64,000 nucleotides of DNA from Mustelus asterias (Eukaryota). Shown in pieces: positions 1 to 11,936 of this stretch (positions are counted from its first letter, which is position 1; each line of letters starts with the position of its first letter). The stretch lies in assembly GCF_964213995.1 (NCBI RefSeq), contig NC_135804.1, positions 67,890,001-67,954,000 of the forward strand. The letters are read 5' to 3'. The translations under genes and the position numbers were made by a program. Below the pieces are notes generated by a model. That model searched no databases. It saw only the letters and a program-made list of their open reading frames with translations, and had not been told where the DNA came from.

Positions 1-1727
1 ACAACCACCTGTCAAAAATACCAATTTTGTATCCATTTGGATACCCCTCGTTGGATCACGTGAGAGTTAACCTTATGCAACAACCGACCATGCGGTACCT
101 TGTCAAAGGCCTTGCGAAAGTCCATGTAGACAACATCAATTGCATTGCCCACATCTACCTTCTTGGTTCGCCATTCAAAAAACTCAATCATGTCATAGTG
201 GACATGCCACATTTCGTTCACCTTCTGAGAATGTAGGGAGGATGTTGGGCTTTCTTATCTATAGCATCGGCGTGGAAGCACCAGGACAGGTTGCTGGTGA
301 TCTGGACATATAGAAACTTGAAGCTCTCGATCATTTCCACTTCATCCGTGTTGATGGAGGCAGAGACATGTCTTCCTGAGGTAAATGATTATTTCCTTCA
401 CTTTGAGGAAGATTTTATTGTCATCCCACGAATCTGTCAAATTCTCTCTCTCTTTCCTGTATTCTGTCTCAGCATCGCTTGAGATCTAATCCATATGTGT
501 GATCGCATTCTTTGTGCTGATGATACAATTCCTTTCTGATATTTTGATGAAATAAAGGTTTGAATATGAGATATTTATGAAATCCATAAACCTGTTCCTC
601 TGTGCTCACTCATTTTATGCAATTGCTTAACAAACAAAATTGTTTCGTGGGAGTTAGTCCGAGGTCACCAAATGAAATGTACCATTTACTGTGAGTACTG
701 TTTTCGCCAGTGGAGATAGTAACGTAGGGACAAATGTTTCCAGCAGACGATTGGTCACGTTGAGACAACCAAACACACAAAAATTAATGCAGATGAAATC
801 GAGAAGCTTATTGCCAATAATGAGCAATTGAACAAAAATGTGCTCAGTGTCGAGAAGCAACTTCCATGCACAAAAGATCAATTTGCCAGTGAAAAGCTGG
901 AATTGATATGAACAATTTCAAATGTGTCGCATCAATGATAATCTGGATGAAATAAATGCAACAACAATAAATCTTCCGTTAAAATTAGATTAACTGCAAT
1001 ATCAAAAAATTCCAGAATGTGTTGTGCAACAAAATATTTGAACAGGGAAAATGAATGGCCAGTGAAGCATAAGAGGTGCTTAAAAATCAAGACTGATGGA
1101 CGGTTTGAACTTCGTCGTGAGACGGTTAAGAAGATTTTTGAACTTTGATGCAATCCTGAAATTATGGAAGATGATCTTATATACTTGAAGGATCGATGAT
1201 CATGGATACTTATATACAGTTGCATGTTAGGCTGACACAGAGTGTGGAGCAGCCGGAATCCTACCAATGGTTGAGTTTACAAGAGACCATTTGAAACAAA
1301 CATATCAGTTTCATTTTCATGGCGGGTGTTTTACATCCTGTTGCACTGGTCAAGTAGCATAGCGGGGAGGGAAATTTAGCAGAAGACAAATTACTTGAAA
1401 TGTGCGTGGTCTTCCACGATACGCCCAGGCCGTTTTGTCGAACGCAATCTGCATCGCACCCAATGTGCCCGATGTGAATTAAAATGTTTGTGACATCGTT
1501 ACCATATCATTCGTGAATTCAGCATGGCCGGTTCCTCTTCCTGTACCTCCTGCCACCCATCTCCCACCCCCACAGCGTGACGTAATGTCGGCATTATTTA
1601 CACATGAGACAGAATTTTACGAAAGAAATTCTAAGTGCCAAGCTGGCGTGAAAATGGGAGAGTTTTATTTCCGTTTATTGGCCGAGGCCAAATCAATACC
1701 TTATAGACGTAGAGAAGTGGGCATCGT

Positions 1728-2235
1728 GGGCAACACGGTGGCAAAGTGGTATGCACTGCTGCCTCACAGCGCCAGGGACCCGGGTTCATTTCCGATCTCG
1801 GGTTGTGTATGAGTGGAGGGTGCACATTCTCCCCGTGTCTGCGTGGTTTTCCTCCGGGTGCTCTGGTTTCCTTCCACAGTCCTAAGGTTTTACACCCTGT
1901 TGCACTGGTGAAGTAGCATAGTGGGGCGGGAAATGTTAGCAGAAGCCAAATAACGTGAAATGTGCCTAGTCTTCCACGATACGCCCAGGCCATTTTGTCG
2001 AGCGCAATCTGCATCGCACCCAGAGTGTGCCCGATGTCATTTAAATTTTTGTGACATCGTTACAATGCCATTCACCGGTTAGGTCGATTGGCCACGCTAA
2101 ACTGACCCTAGTGTCAGGGCATTCGTAGAGTAAATACGTGGGGTCACGGGAATAGGGCCTGGATGTGATTGTGGTCAGTGCAGACTCAGTGGGCCGAATG
2201 GCCTCCTTCTGCCTGTAGGGATTTTATGGATTCTA
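1728..2235 (+). mobile_element. HE1/V-SINE-type tRNA-derived SINE interrupted by a ~187-bp insert (duplicate at 31159-31666)
   Basis: tRNA-like head (ggtggcaaagtgg ... gggttcattt), V-SINE core (tttcctccgggtgctctggtttcc) and tail gggccgaatggcctccttctg. Confidence 0.8.
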
Positions 2236-2517
2236 AGAAGTTTTTAAAAAACTGCTAGGTCATTTCTCGCCACGATGTGAAGTGGGCGGGACCTCGCCAG
2301 GAAGCCTGCAGTTCAGATCGGAGCCACAACATGCACAGGCGTCAAAACTGGACGAAACGGAGAGCTGGCCAGATTGCTTGGGACGTTGGAAAGGGACGGC
2401 AGAGCAGCCTGGGAGGCGGTGGCATTGGCTGTCAGTGCGAGGGCACTGACACAGACAACCAGAAACTAGTACAGGAAGAAACTTAATTAGCTGTTCCATG
2501 CAGCAAGGGTGAGTATG

Positions 2518-2858
2518 ATCATAGAAACCCGACAGTACAGAAAGAGGCCATTCGGCCCATCGAGTCTGCACCGACCACAATCCCACCCAGGCCCGACCCC
2601 CATATCCATACATATTTTACCCACTAATCCCTCTAACCTATGCATCTCAGGACACTAAGGGGCAATTTTACCATGGCCAATCAACCTAACCCGCACATCT
2701 TTGGATTGTGGGAGGAAACCGGAGCACCCGGAGGAAACCCACGCAAACACGAGGAGAATGTGCAAACTCCACACAGACAGTGACCCAAGCCGGGAATCGA
2801 ACCCAGGTCCCTGGAGCTGTGAAGCAGCAGTGCTAACTACTGTGCTACCGTGACGCCC
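2518..2858 (-). mobile_element. Full-length HE1/V-SINE-type SINE (duplicate at 31949-32289)
   Basis: The reverse strand reads ggtagcacagtagttagc (A box) ... gggttcgattccc (B box), then the V domain and a CR1-like 3' tail. Confidence 0.9.
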
Positions 2859-4481
2859 CACGCCCCTCCCCCACCCCCCCACGCTTTGCTGCTCCCACCC
2901 ATCCTCCCCACGACAACTCGGAAGACAGCTGGGATGAAGGCGATGATGGGACCTCCTGTGTTGGCACAAGTCTCGTATCAGCTTCCACTTCGTATTCCCA
3001 TCCCATCGACGATCACACTGGTGCTTCAAGTTAATGGTAGGCATCTGGGTCACTCTCTGGGGCACAGCACACACCTGCTGACGTACATCGGATGGAGGAA
3101 GGAAATTCGGAGGCCGCTGGCACGTGGAACCCTGCCAGTGAGTGAGGACTCAGCTGACCCCAGGCAACATGTTGGGCCTCTGCGGACAGTTCTCCCTCAG
3201 CTGCTGGAGATGCAGCAGCAGAGACCAGGAATGTAGGAGGGGCTGACAGCAACACTGGGCCAACGACGAGGCTGCTGGGAGGAGTCCCAAATCTTTCAGG
3301 ACCAGCTGCTATTGCTGATCTCATGTGGTTCCCAGGTCCAAAATGAAAGTGGGGTGTCAGCGGTGGAAAGCCTGGGGTAGGAAATGATCACTTGAGTGGC
3401 AGGGTCCAAGCGATGGCTATGTCACAGCTGTCCACAGGCGATTCCCAGAGGGCCACAGCTGAGTCACAGCAGGCCACAGCTAAGTCGGAGTGGGCCATAC
3501 CTGAGGGCCTCAACAAGCTTATCGAGATTCTGCAGCTGGTGGCTGAGAGGCTCGAAAGCTTGCAGGAGACCAGTGGGACAGCGCCGAGCCACAGCGGGCT
3601 ATGGCAGCAGCCCTTGGGAATGTGGCCCACTCTTATTAGGTTATGACTGAGGGAGTGCAGAGTATGGTCCAGTTTCAGAGGGCAGGTGCTGCTACCCTTG
3701 TCAGGTGCCCTCAGACTCAGAGCGCCATCGCTGAGCACTGAGCAGGAGGCCGAACGCAGGTGGGCCTCCAGAACTGGCAGGGCCCGGTGATGGTGGAGCT
3801 TCTGCAGTTCAGTGCAGAAGCACCAGCATCCCATTGAGTGACCCAGGGGCCCACAGGAACCCCGAAGGAGGAGGAAGGTCTGGGGCCCATGTCGGGGCAT
3901 TGCACCCCAGAGATGCAGCTGTGACTATAGCTTCTGACTCCCTCCTTCCTGACACCTTCCTGACTATCTCAGGGGCATTGTGATGAACAAGATGACATGG
4001 ATACGTTTGTGACATCTGAAAGCCAGACGGGGTCCTCAATGTTCAGGCCCTCCAGAGGACGATTGCCAAAGGGCATCACAGAGCAGAGCACAGGGCAAGG
4101 TAGGCAGCTGCCCTCCTCCTCCTCTGGCGTACATCCTGGGGAGACACCGAGACACAGTAGAGTTAAGAAGCTATAACGTCACCAAAATGGCATGGGTAAA
4201 GGACCGCAACTGTTAAATTGAGGAATTAGGCACTGTAAAGTTTCACTTCCACTTATTATATATGAGCACTTAGTTTGAGGGCCCAGTTATTGACAGCAAT
4301 AAATGTTGCTGCCCCCACAGCTGTTTCTAAATTGTCTGTGATTAGCCTCCAATAGGGATGACCATACCCCGATCTTCACCAGAGGGACTATGCATGTTGA
4401 TGTTCATGGAGGAGGGCCCTCAGTGCACCACATTTTGAAAATCAACGCATTCCAATCATCCACTGGCGACAGCATGTGGCA

Positions 4482-4735
4482 GAAAGAAGTCTCACAAAAC
4501 CAGGTTAAAGTCCAACAGGTTTATTTGGGAGCAAACACCACTAGCTTTCGGAGAGCTGCTCCTTCGTCAGGTGAGAGGGAGTTCTGTTCACAAACAGGGG
4601 AAATAAAGACACAAACTCAATTTACAGAATAATGATTGTAATGCGAATCTTTACAGCTAATCAAGTCTTAAAGGTACAGACACTGTGAGTGGAGAGAGCA
4701 TTAAGCACAGGTTAAAGAGATGTGCATTGTCTCCA
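4482..4735 (-). mobile_element. Penelope-like element fragment (pLTR-type) with 14-bp flanking direct repeat (duplicate at 33913-34166)
   Basis: Flanked by gacagcatgtggca at 4468-4481 and 4736-4749. The minus strand has a hammerhead core followed by AATAAA. Confidence 0.7.
4539..4573 (-). ncRNA. Minimal type I hammerhead ribozyme motif (duplicate at 33970-34004)
   Basis: Minus strand CAC-CUGACGA-A-GGAG-CAGCU-CUCC-GAAA-GC-UA-GUG: core boxes, stem I, stem II and a short palindromic stem III (AGCU). Confidence 0.7.
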
Positions 4736-5109
4736 GACAGCATGTGGCAAGCAGGGCACCGACTCACAACATCTCCAATGACGTCCCCAGAATCAAGGAG
4801 ACATACTCCCATGCCACCCTTGCATGCCACAAGGTCCTGCATTGGTATTTATTCTCCCTTATCCCCACCCTGTTCTGGACCCAGGTGCGAGCGGGCATGC
4901 AGAGCTCAGATAAGAGTCACACCTGTTTGCACAATAGCAGCGTCACATAGTGTCACATAACGAGTCTTGATCACCCTCCTGTCTGCCACAGAAACATGCC
5001 AACAGAGCTTATAGAGGCCCACCACTCTGGTGTAAATTTGGCGCAGGGTTGACTCGGGGTACACAACGGGGGGCAGGTGGAATCCAGCAGCAGCAACACA
5101 GGCCCCCTA

Positions 5110-5805
5110 CACCTCCTTACTTTTATCATAAGCTGACCATGGGGGACCTTATCAAACACCTTACTAAAATCCATGTATATGACATCAACTGCCCTAACTT
5201 CATCAACACACTTAGTTACCTCCTCAAAAAATTCAATCAAATTTGTGAGGCACGACTTGCCCTTCACGAATCCGTGCTGACTATCCCGGATTAATCTGTA
5301 TCTTTCTAATTGGTCATAAATCCCATCTCTAAGGACCGTTTCCATCAACTTGCCAACCACCGAAGTAAGACGAACCGGCCTATAATTACCAGGGTCATTT
5401 CTATTCCCTTTCTTAAACAGAGGGACAACATTCACCACTCTCCAGTCCTCTGGCACCATCCCCGTGGACAGTGAGGACCCAAAGACCAAAGCCAAAGGCT
5501 CTGCAATCTCATCCCTTGCCTCCTAAAGTATCCTAGGATATATTTCATCAGGCCCAGGGGAGTTACCGACCTTCAGTTTATTCAAAACTGCTCGTACATC
5601 CTCCATTGGAACATCTACTTCCTCCAACCTATTAGCCTGTAACACCTTCTCACCCTCAAAAACATGGCCCCTCTCCTTGGTGAACACTGAAGAAAAGTAT
5701 TCATTCATCACCTCCTATCTCTACTGACTCCATAAACAAGTTCCCACTACTGTCCTTGACCGGCCCTAACCTCACCCTGGTCATTCTTTTATTTCTCACA
5801 TAAGA
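5110..5805 (-). mobile_element. CR1 LINE ORF2 fragment, 3' part removed at the duplication junction
   Basis: Translates to VPEDWRVVNVVPLFKKG ... VDVIYMDFSKVFDKVPHG and ends abruptly at 5110. Confidence 0.9.
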
Positions 5806-5896
5806 ATAATGTAAAATCCACCGCCAAAATGTCTGTATGGTGGTAGTAAGTCTCAGATACGCAAACAAACCTCTATAATCGATGCGCCTCATGCAG

Positions 5897-6598
5897 ATAT
5901 TATGGTTCAGGTTAGAAACTCCAAAGTGTTTTATGAGGCCCTCCTGAGCCAGACGTTTTGCATCTTGAACATAGCTAGGATAAGCACGAGATGTTTCATT
6001 CTAGGTATTATTCAAGTGAGCCCACAAGGGAGCTTTTATGAGACAAAATTTAATTAATTATTTAATCAAAATGTATAGCAAGAAAATTGCCAAGAACGTT
6101 TATCAATTAGAAACAAGATCAAAACAGTCACACCAGTATTTAACCCTTAATGCATCTATGTAATGATGTTCCAATCAAAACCAAAATCCAATAAACAAAA
6201 TCCCTCAGACAGATTTATCACTGCACAGGCTAAAGCTCACATGATACTAGAATCCAGTGTGTTGAATTCTGCTGTCAAATGATCTTGAAAACTCAGAGCA
6301 CCCTGCAGTCGCATGAGCTCCGCAACGCACCAAACCACAGATTGATTACTGCAGCATGGCTATAAGCCTTTCTTTCATTAAACTGGTAAAATTTTCAAAG
6401 CAGAACTGGGAGAGAAACTTATTTTCTAGCTTGCTGCTGAGACTGCTTCGAAGACTGCAGCCAGACCTACCCATAGCTTTTTTCTCCACCCAACAATGAC
6501 ATCACCTAAGGCTGTGAGCATGAAATCATTTTTTAAGAAACATCTCTTAAAGGGACACTACCCTCACACAGTAAAACTATAAATGTTCCTGCCATTAC
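5897..6598. mobile_element. Probable degenerate solo LTR
   Basis: Begins tattatggttcaggttagaaactccaaagtg and ends ...ccattaca. It resembles shark Gypsy LTRs by recall only. Confidence 0.35.
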
Positions 6599-8118
6599 AA
6601 AAACAAGACAATATTCGCTAAGCAATTCTGCAGTAGCAACTGCTGATCGAATATCCCATCATCAATCTTCTGTTATGGCTGATCATCAGCACCTTCGGCA
6701 GTAAAGTTACAATGTAATGAAAAAAAAACCGATTGTTCGAGCAGTATAATTGCTGAACACGTTATACACGTTGGCTATGTTTCACATTACTTTATTTTTT
6801 TTCAAAATTTGCTGCATTGTTTCTTCTAAATTGATTACATAGTTCACTTTCCTAGTTGGAGAGCTGATGGCGCAGTGGGAATCCAACTTCTACCAATAAT
6901 TCAGAGACTCAGGATAATGGTTTGGGAACATTTGTTAAATGTCATCGTGGTATCCACTGGAAATTTAATTAACTCAATATAATTTGCAATTGAAAGCTAG
7001 TCTTATTAAAGTTGATCATAATTTGAAAAAAAATTTGATTGTTTTGCACACAGCCTATGCATCACCAAAGGTTTCCAGGAAGTAATTCTGCCATCTTTGC
7101 ATTGTCTAACATACAAGTGATTGCACACCGACAGAAATATTATTAGTTATTAATTGTCTTCTGAAGTTACCGAAGAAAGGCACTTGTGGCATGCGGCGTG
7201 CAGTTTTATAATGTACAATACACGGCCAAAATATCTGTGTGGTGGTAGTAAGTCTCAGTAATGCGAATTCAGTTCAAGAAGAATTACGGAAGGGTATCAG
7301 ATTCAGACTATGCAAACAGCACCACCAACCCGTGAATTAACTGGGATAAATGAGAAACTGCTGGAGTTCTGATCTTACAAGGGTAAAACTCCCCGAAATT
7401 AAAAATTATTTTTCGATCAGGTCTATCATCTTATCGTTCGGCTACAGGTGTCATCCACATTAAGTGTTGTATTGGTGACTGAATACATTCACACTGAAGC
7501 GAAGTACATAAAGTATGCGGATTTTAACTTCTGGTTGCAAATGCGAAGGTAAATAAATCGCATTTCAAAACTACATGCAAATTAAACAAAAACAAACACG
7601 TAATACATTTTATGAACAGGTATTCCTGAGCAGCATCACAGCAAAGCAAAAATCTTTGCAAAACGTTTCTCGTGGAATATGGGAGAGGCTGCCAAAACGT
7701 CACTGTTGCCCATATATATTTCCTTTTGAAAAGTTCGTCGTGGTCGCTTTCTTGAATGCTATTATAATTCTGCTGCGGGAAAGCCCGTTTTGTTCGTGGG
7801 AAAGGAATTTCAAGATGTTCATCATGTTCGGCGGAAACCTTCTTTCGTTTCCTCTGCCAATGTGCCAGCGTCGGTGAACGATTCTTTCAAAGTTCATCCA
7901 GACTAAGGACTAACAAGCCATTGCAAACCATAAGCCACTGCCGCAAAAGTGGACAGCATTACTGTTTGATGTGTCAAAGATTAATATTGCCACGAATGGA
8001 TATCCACTTCTTTTGCAGTTGGTGTGCACCTACAACTTCATTGACGCCAATCTAGTCAACACAGTATCAGGATGTTACATCAATCTCCAAGTGTTACGCC
8101 AGCAGGATTCGACTCATG

Positions 8119-9045
8119 GAGCCCGATTTTACCATTGCGTCGCGCCCATTTTCGGACGCAAAAACGTGGTAAAGTCGGGTGTGAGGCCATTGCGTCTGCG
8201 CAGATGCCCACTTTACCAAGGCCGGAAAATGGCCGCGATCCAATTCGCGCCCGAAACGGGCGCAACGGCGATTTAAATGAATTTGCATTCATTTAAATTG
8301 AATTAATGGGCTGCCCGCCCACGTTTATCAGCATTTTCCCCTTTACCATCAAGTTCATAAGTCCAGATATGGCGTGAAATAGACATGCTCGGCCAAGGTC
8401 TGTTTCGAGAGCTCCAGCTTCTGAAGAGGTGAGTTCAGAGCTTCCAACGGCTGTCTGACTCAGATCGGTGCTGGGAAGGGTGGGGGGGGGGGGGGGGGGC
8501 TTGGCGGGGCGGTGGAGAGAGGCGGGACAGATCATTCTGATCATTCTCTGGTCAGGCGGGGAGGGATGTCAGATCGTTTTCTGGTGGATGGGGAGAGGGA
8601 GGAATGCCCGATGGTGTCTGGTTGGGGGGAGGGCGGGGACGGGGCGGAGGCAGAGAGAGGTCAGATTGTTGTCTGGTGGGGGGGAGGAGGGAGACCTGAT
8701 CATTCTCTGGTGGGGGGAGACGGAGAGGTTGGGGGGGGGCGTTGGCAGGGGGTCACCATTGGGGGGGTGGATTGATAAGGGGTACAGTTATGTTGTGGGG
8801 ATGGGGTGATGTCTGTGGGGACCATCGCTCCTGCTTCCCACTCCCGAGCCGCAAAAAGTGGACAAAGTGGCCCGGGAGCGATGTGACATGGGCACATGTT
8901 TAATATTTTTCTCACTGCGCATGCACAATTCAAAGCTCCGATCCTTGCAACAGCGTTTCCGGCACGCTAAGCCCCGCACACATCGCATTTCAAGCTTTTT
9001 TGTCAGGCTAAGTGCGTATGGGGGCGCTTCGGAACAGATTTCCCA
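8119..9045 (-). mobile_element. Non-autonomous Harbinger-type element (MITE), copy A, truncated at its inner end
   Basis: Terminal gagcccgattttaccattg. It is the reverse complement of 9110-10357 throughout and has a G-rich internal tandem array. Confidence 0.7.
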
Positions 9046-9047
9046 AG

Positions 9048-10357
9048 GGGCCCGACTTTAACATTTTGATTCGACATGCTGAATTTGGGCGCAATTCAGA
9101 TCTGTACTGTAAAGGCGTTCTCAGGCGCCCCCATACGCATTTAGCCTGAAAAAAAAGTAATGAGTCTGAATTGTGCTGTGGGCGGGGCTTATCGCTCCAA
9201 AACGCTGCTGCTCCGATCGGAACTTTGAACTGCACATGCACAGTGAGAAAACAATTTGCAAAATGTGCCCCTGTCACATCTCTCCCAGGCTGCAAAAAGC
9301 GGATAAAGCAGCGGGGGAGTGAAAAGCGTGAACGATGGCCCCCACAGAGATCACCCCACCCCCCACAACACGACTGTCGCCATTATCCAGCCAATCCCCT
9401 CCACTACCCAGATCGATCATGACCCTGTGCCCCCTTCCCCCTACCGATTGCCCGCAGAGTGGCAGCAGACCCCTCCCTTACTTGTCACCCCCCAACCCCC
9501 CCACCAGAGATCCATCTGGCCTCCCTCCCACCCCACCAGTGAGCGATTGGGCCTCCCTCCCACCAGAGAATGATCGGGCATCCCCCCCACCAGAGGATGA
9601 TCATCCTCCCCCAACCAGATAATTTTCTGGCCTCCCCTCCCGCAACTAATGATTGGGCCTCCCCCCGCCCCCCCCCCCCCCCCCACCAAATAGTGATCGG
9701 GCCTGCCCCCGAGAGAATGATCGGGCCTCCCACCTCCCTCCCCCCTCCAGTAAATGATCAGGCCTCCCTCCTTCCACCCTCCCGGAGAACGATCTGGCCT
9801 CTCCCCACCCCACCAGAGAATGATCGGGCCTCCATCCTCCCTCCATTCTCTCCCCAGCAGCCCCCCCCCCCCACCCCCCCTCCCACCAGAGATGCATTTG
9901 ACCCTCCTCCCTCACCCTCACCAGAGGACGATTGGGCCTCTCTCCTCCCCTCCTTCGCCCCCGCAACCAGAGAATGATCTGACCCACCTCCCTTCCCCCC
10001 AACCCAACGATCTGAGTCACAGAGTCGCTGGAAGCTCTGAACATACGTCTTCAGAAGCTGAAGCGCCCGAAACACTCCTTTGCTGAACATGTCTGTTTCA
10101 CGCTGAATCTGGATGGGCGAACACAATGGTAAACGGAGAAATGCTGGTAAAGGTGGGCGGACAGCTCATTAATTCAATTTTAATGCATGCGAATGCACTT
10201 AAACCCCATTGCGCCTGTTTCGGGCGCGATTTGGATTGTGGCCATTTTCGGGCCTTGGTAAAGTGGGCATCTGCGTGGACGCGGGCATGGATCGTGTTAA
10301 TGGCCTCACGTCAGACTTTACCAAGTGTTCGCGTCCGTACAATGGTAGAATCGGGCC
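9048..10357 (+). mobile_element. Non-autonomous Harbinger-type element (MITE), copy B, both TIRs present
   Basis: TIRs gggcccgactttaacat ... atggtagaatcgggcc. Internal ~30-bp C-rich repeat (ccaccagagaatgatcgggcctccc) at about 9480-10000. Confidence 0.75.
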
Positions 10358-10359
10358 TA

Positions 10360-10620
10360 CAGAATCAAAGAATCCATACAGTCCCAAAGGATGCCATTTT
10401 GGCCTGTCCAGTCGGCACTGGCAGCAATCCCACCCAGACCCTCCCCCTGTAACCCCACGTCGTCACTCTGCAAGTCCAGCTGACACGAAGGGACAATTTA
10501 GTATGGCCAATCAACGTAACTCACACACGTTCGGAGTGTGGTATGGAATTGGAGCAAGCGGAGGAAACTAACGGAGACACGGGGAAAACGTGCAAAATCC
10601 ACAGAGACACAGATCCGCAT
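10360..10620 (-). mobile_element. Old V-SINE fragment
   Basis: Degenerate ggccaatcaacgtaac ... gcggaggaaactaacggagacacgggg. Confidence 0.6.
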
Positions 10621-11936
10621 TTAACTCTCCACAAAAACATAACTTAGCCTGGTGTGGTGGAGCGAAAGTAGCGGCTCGTGACCAGAGATGTATCTGTGGT
10701 CTTGGCTGAAGACGCGTCGCTTTGCGTTTAATGCATTTCCACTTTCCCAGTAAATTCGCATGAGCTTTTGTAGTGGAAATAGGTATTACGAGAAGAGTTA
10801 AACATATTTATCTCCATTTGCAAGAGATATAAACAGCAAAATTGAAGAATAATTTCTCAAAGGATCAAACCTCAAAATCCTTATTGAGACAGCAGCGACC
10901 GAATAAAATCTTGTTCGTTTGAAAAGTTATTACAGTGGCCCGGATTTTGTTACCTGAATAGAAGTGTTATTTAACCTTATTCATTGTTTTTTGGGGGAGG
11001 GAACTGTACAGCAAGATATGCCGAAAGACAGAATTTCCTATGTTTCCTAATGGTCATCGAAACAATCTTCAAGAATTGTCGCAAGTGGTCGATTTATAAA
11101 GCGGCAGTGCCCAGAGCTGCGCCAATTTGTGAAGATTGCTAACAAGCTGCAGAGGTTTTAGCGATCTTTGGTTTGAAGCTGTTATGAGGAGGTGCAATAC
11201 ACAACGTACAGGGACGTTGGCAGTAATTGCATGAGATGGACACAATCTGTACTTTGTAATCCAAGACAATTTGGAAATGTGTCCCTTTCCGATTTGGAAA
11301 TGTGTCCCTTTCTTCCATCTTCTTGCGTAAAATTCTTGGAAAGCACTCTCGCCGAGTGGTCCAGATGTTATATTCAGTGCCGCAGCTCAAAGACGCTTTT
11401 TGCACCGTATTAAGCTCAGTTGAGGATGGTCATCAAAGTTTGCTCTTGTCAGTGACATTCTCATGCCATTAATGTCACGCACAGGTAACTATGCCCTTGG
11501 ATACAAACATAAGTAATCACGCAGGACCACACATACAAAGCAACTTCTGAAAGAGAGGGGGACGCAGGTAGCCATATAGACTAACAGATATGCTCTTTGA
11601 GAGATGCAAAGGCAAATAAAGCAAAATGCTGCAAATGCTGAAAATATGAAGCAAAAATACAAAATTATGTATGTGTTCACGCGGAGAATGAAACAGAACT
11701 AGCGTTTCGAATCGGACGTTTTCCTGTCCTGAGTTTAAGAACAAAATCCAGGCCTTTGAATTGAAAAATTCTAACGCACGACATGTTATTCAGTCTCTGT
11801 TGTCTCACGAAGGATTCTAAGGTCTGAACCTTAGATTCTCTCCAAATATAAGTCAAGATCTGCTGATTATTCCGAACATTTCATGCATTGATTAAAGGGA
11901 GGGGCGAACGTTAAATCAAAACATACAAATACCTTT

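Larger units (their letters stand above)
1..5109 (+). repeat. Segmental duplication copy 1 (matches 29432-34540; runs off the window start)
   Basis: Every ORF from 12 to 4960 reappears with an identical translation at offset +29431, and spot checks found no mismatch. Identity stops after ...ggcccccta (5109/34540). Confidence 0.97.
2860..5109. mobile_element. Degenerate Harbinger DNA transposon (second-ORF region and downstream sequence), cut at the duplication junction
   Basis: GC-rich decayed coiled-coil frames. In copy 2 this sequence is continuous with the Harbinger transposase C-terminus. Confidence 0.55.

Noticed and set aside
5807-7258. ~50-bp direct repeat (5807-5856 and 7208-7258)
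   Set aside because: Real but short and diverged. It is most likely fragments of one dispersed repeat, not an array or a target-site duplication.
8468-10126. Gly-rich and Pro-rich ORFs
   Set aside because: Artefacts of the G/C-run tandem arrays inside the MITEs.
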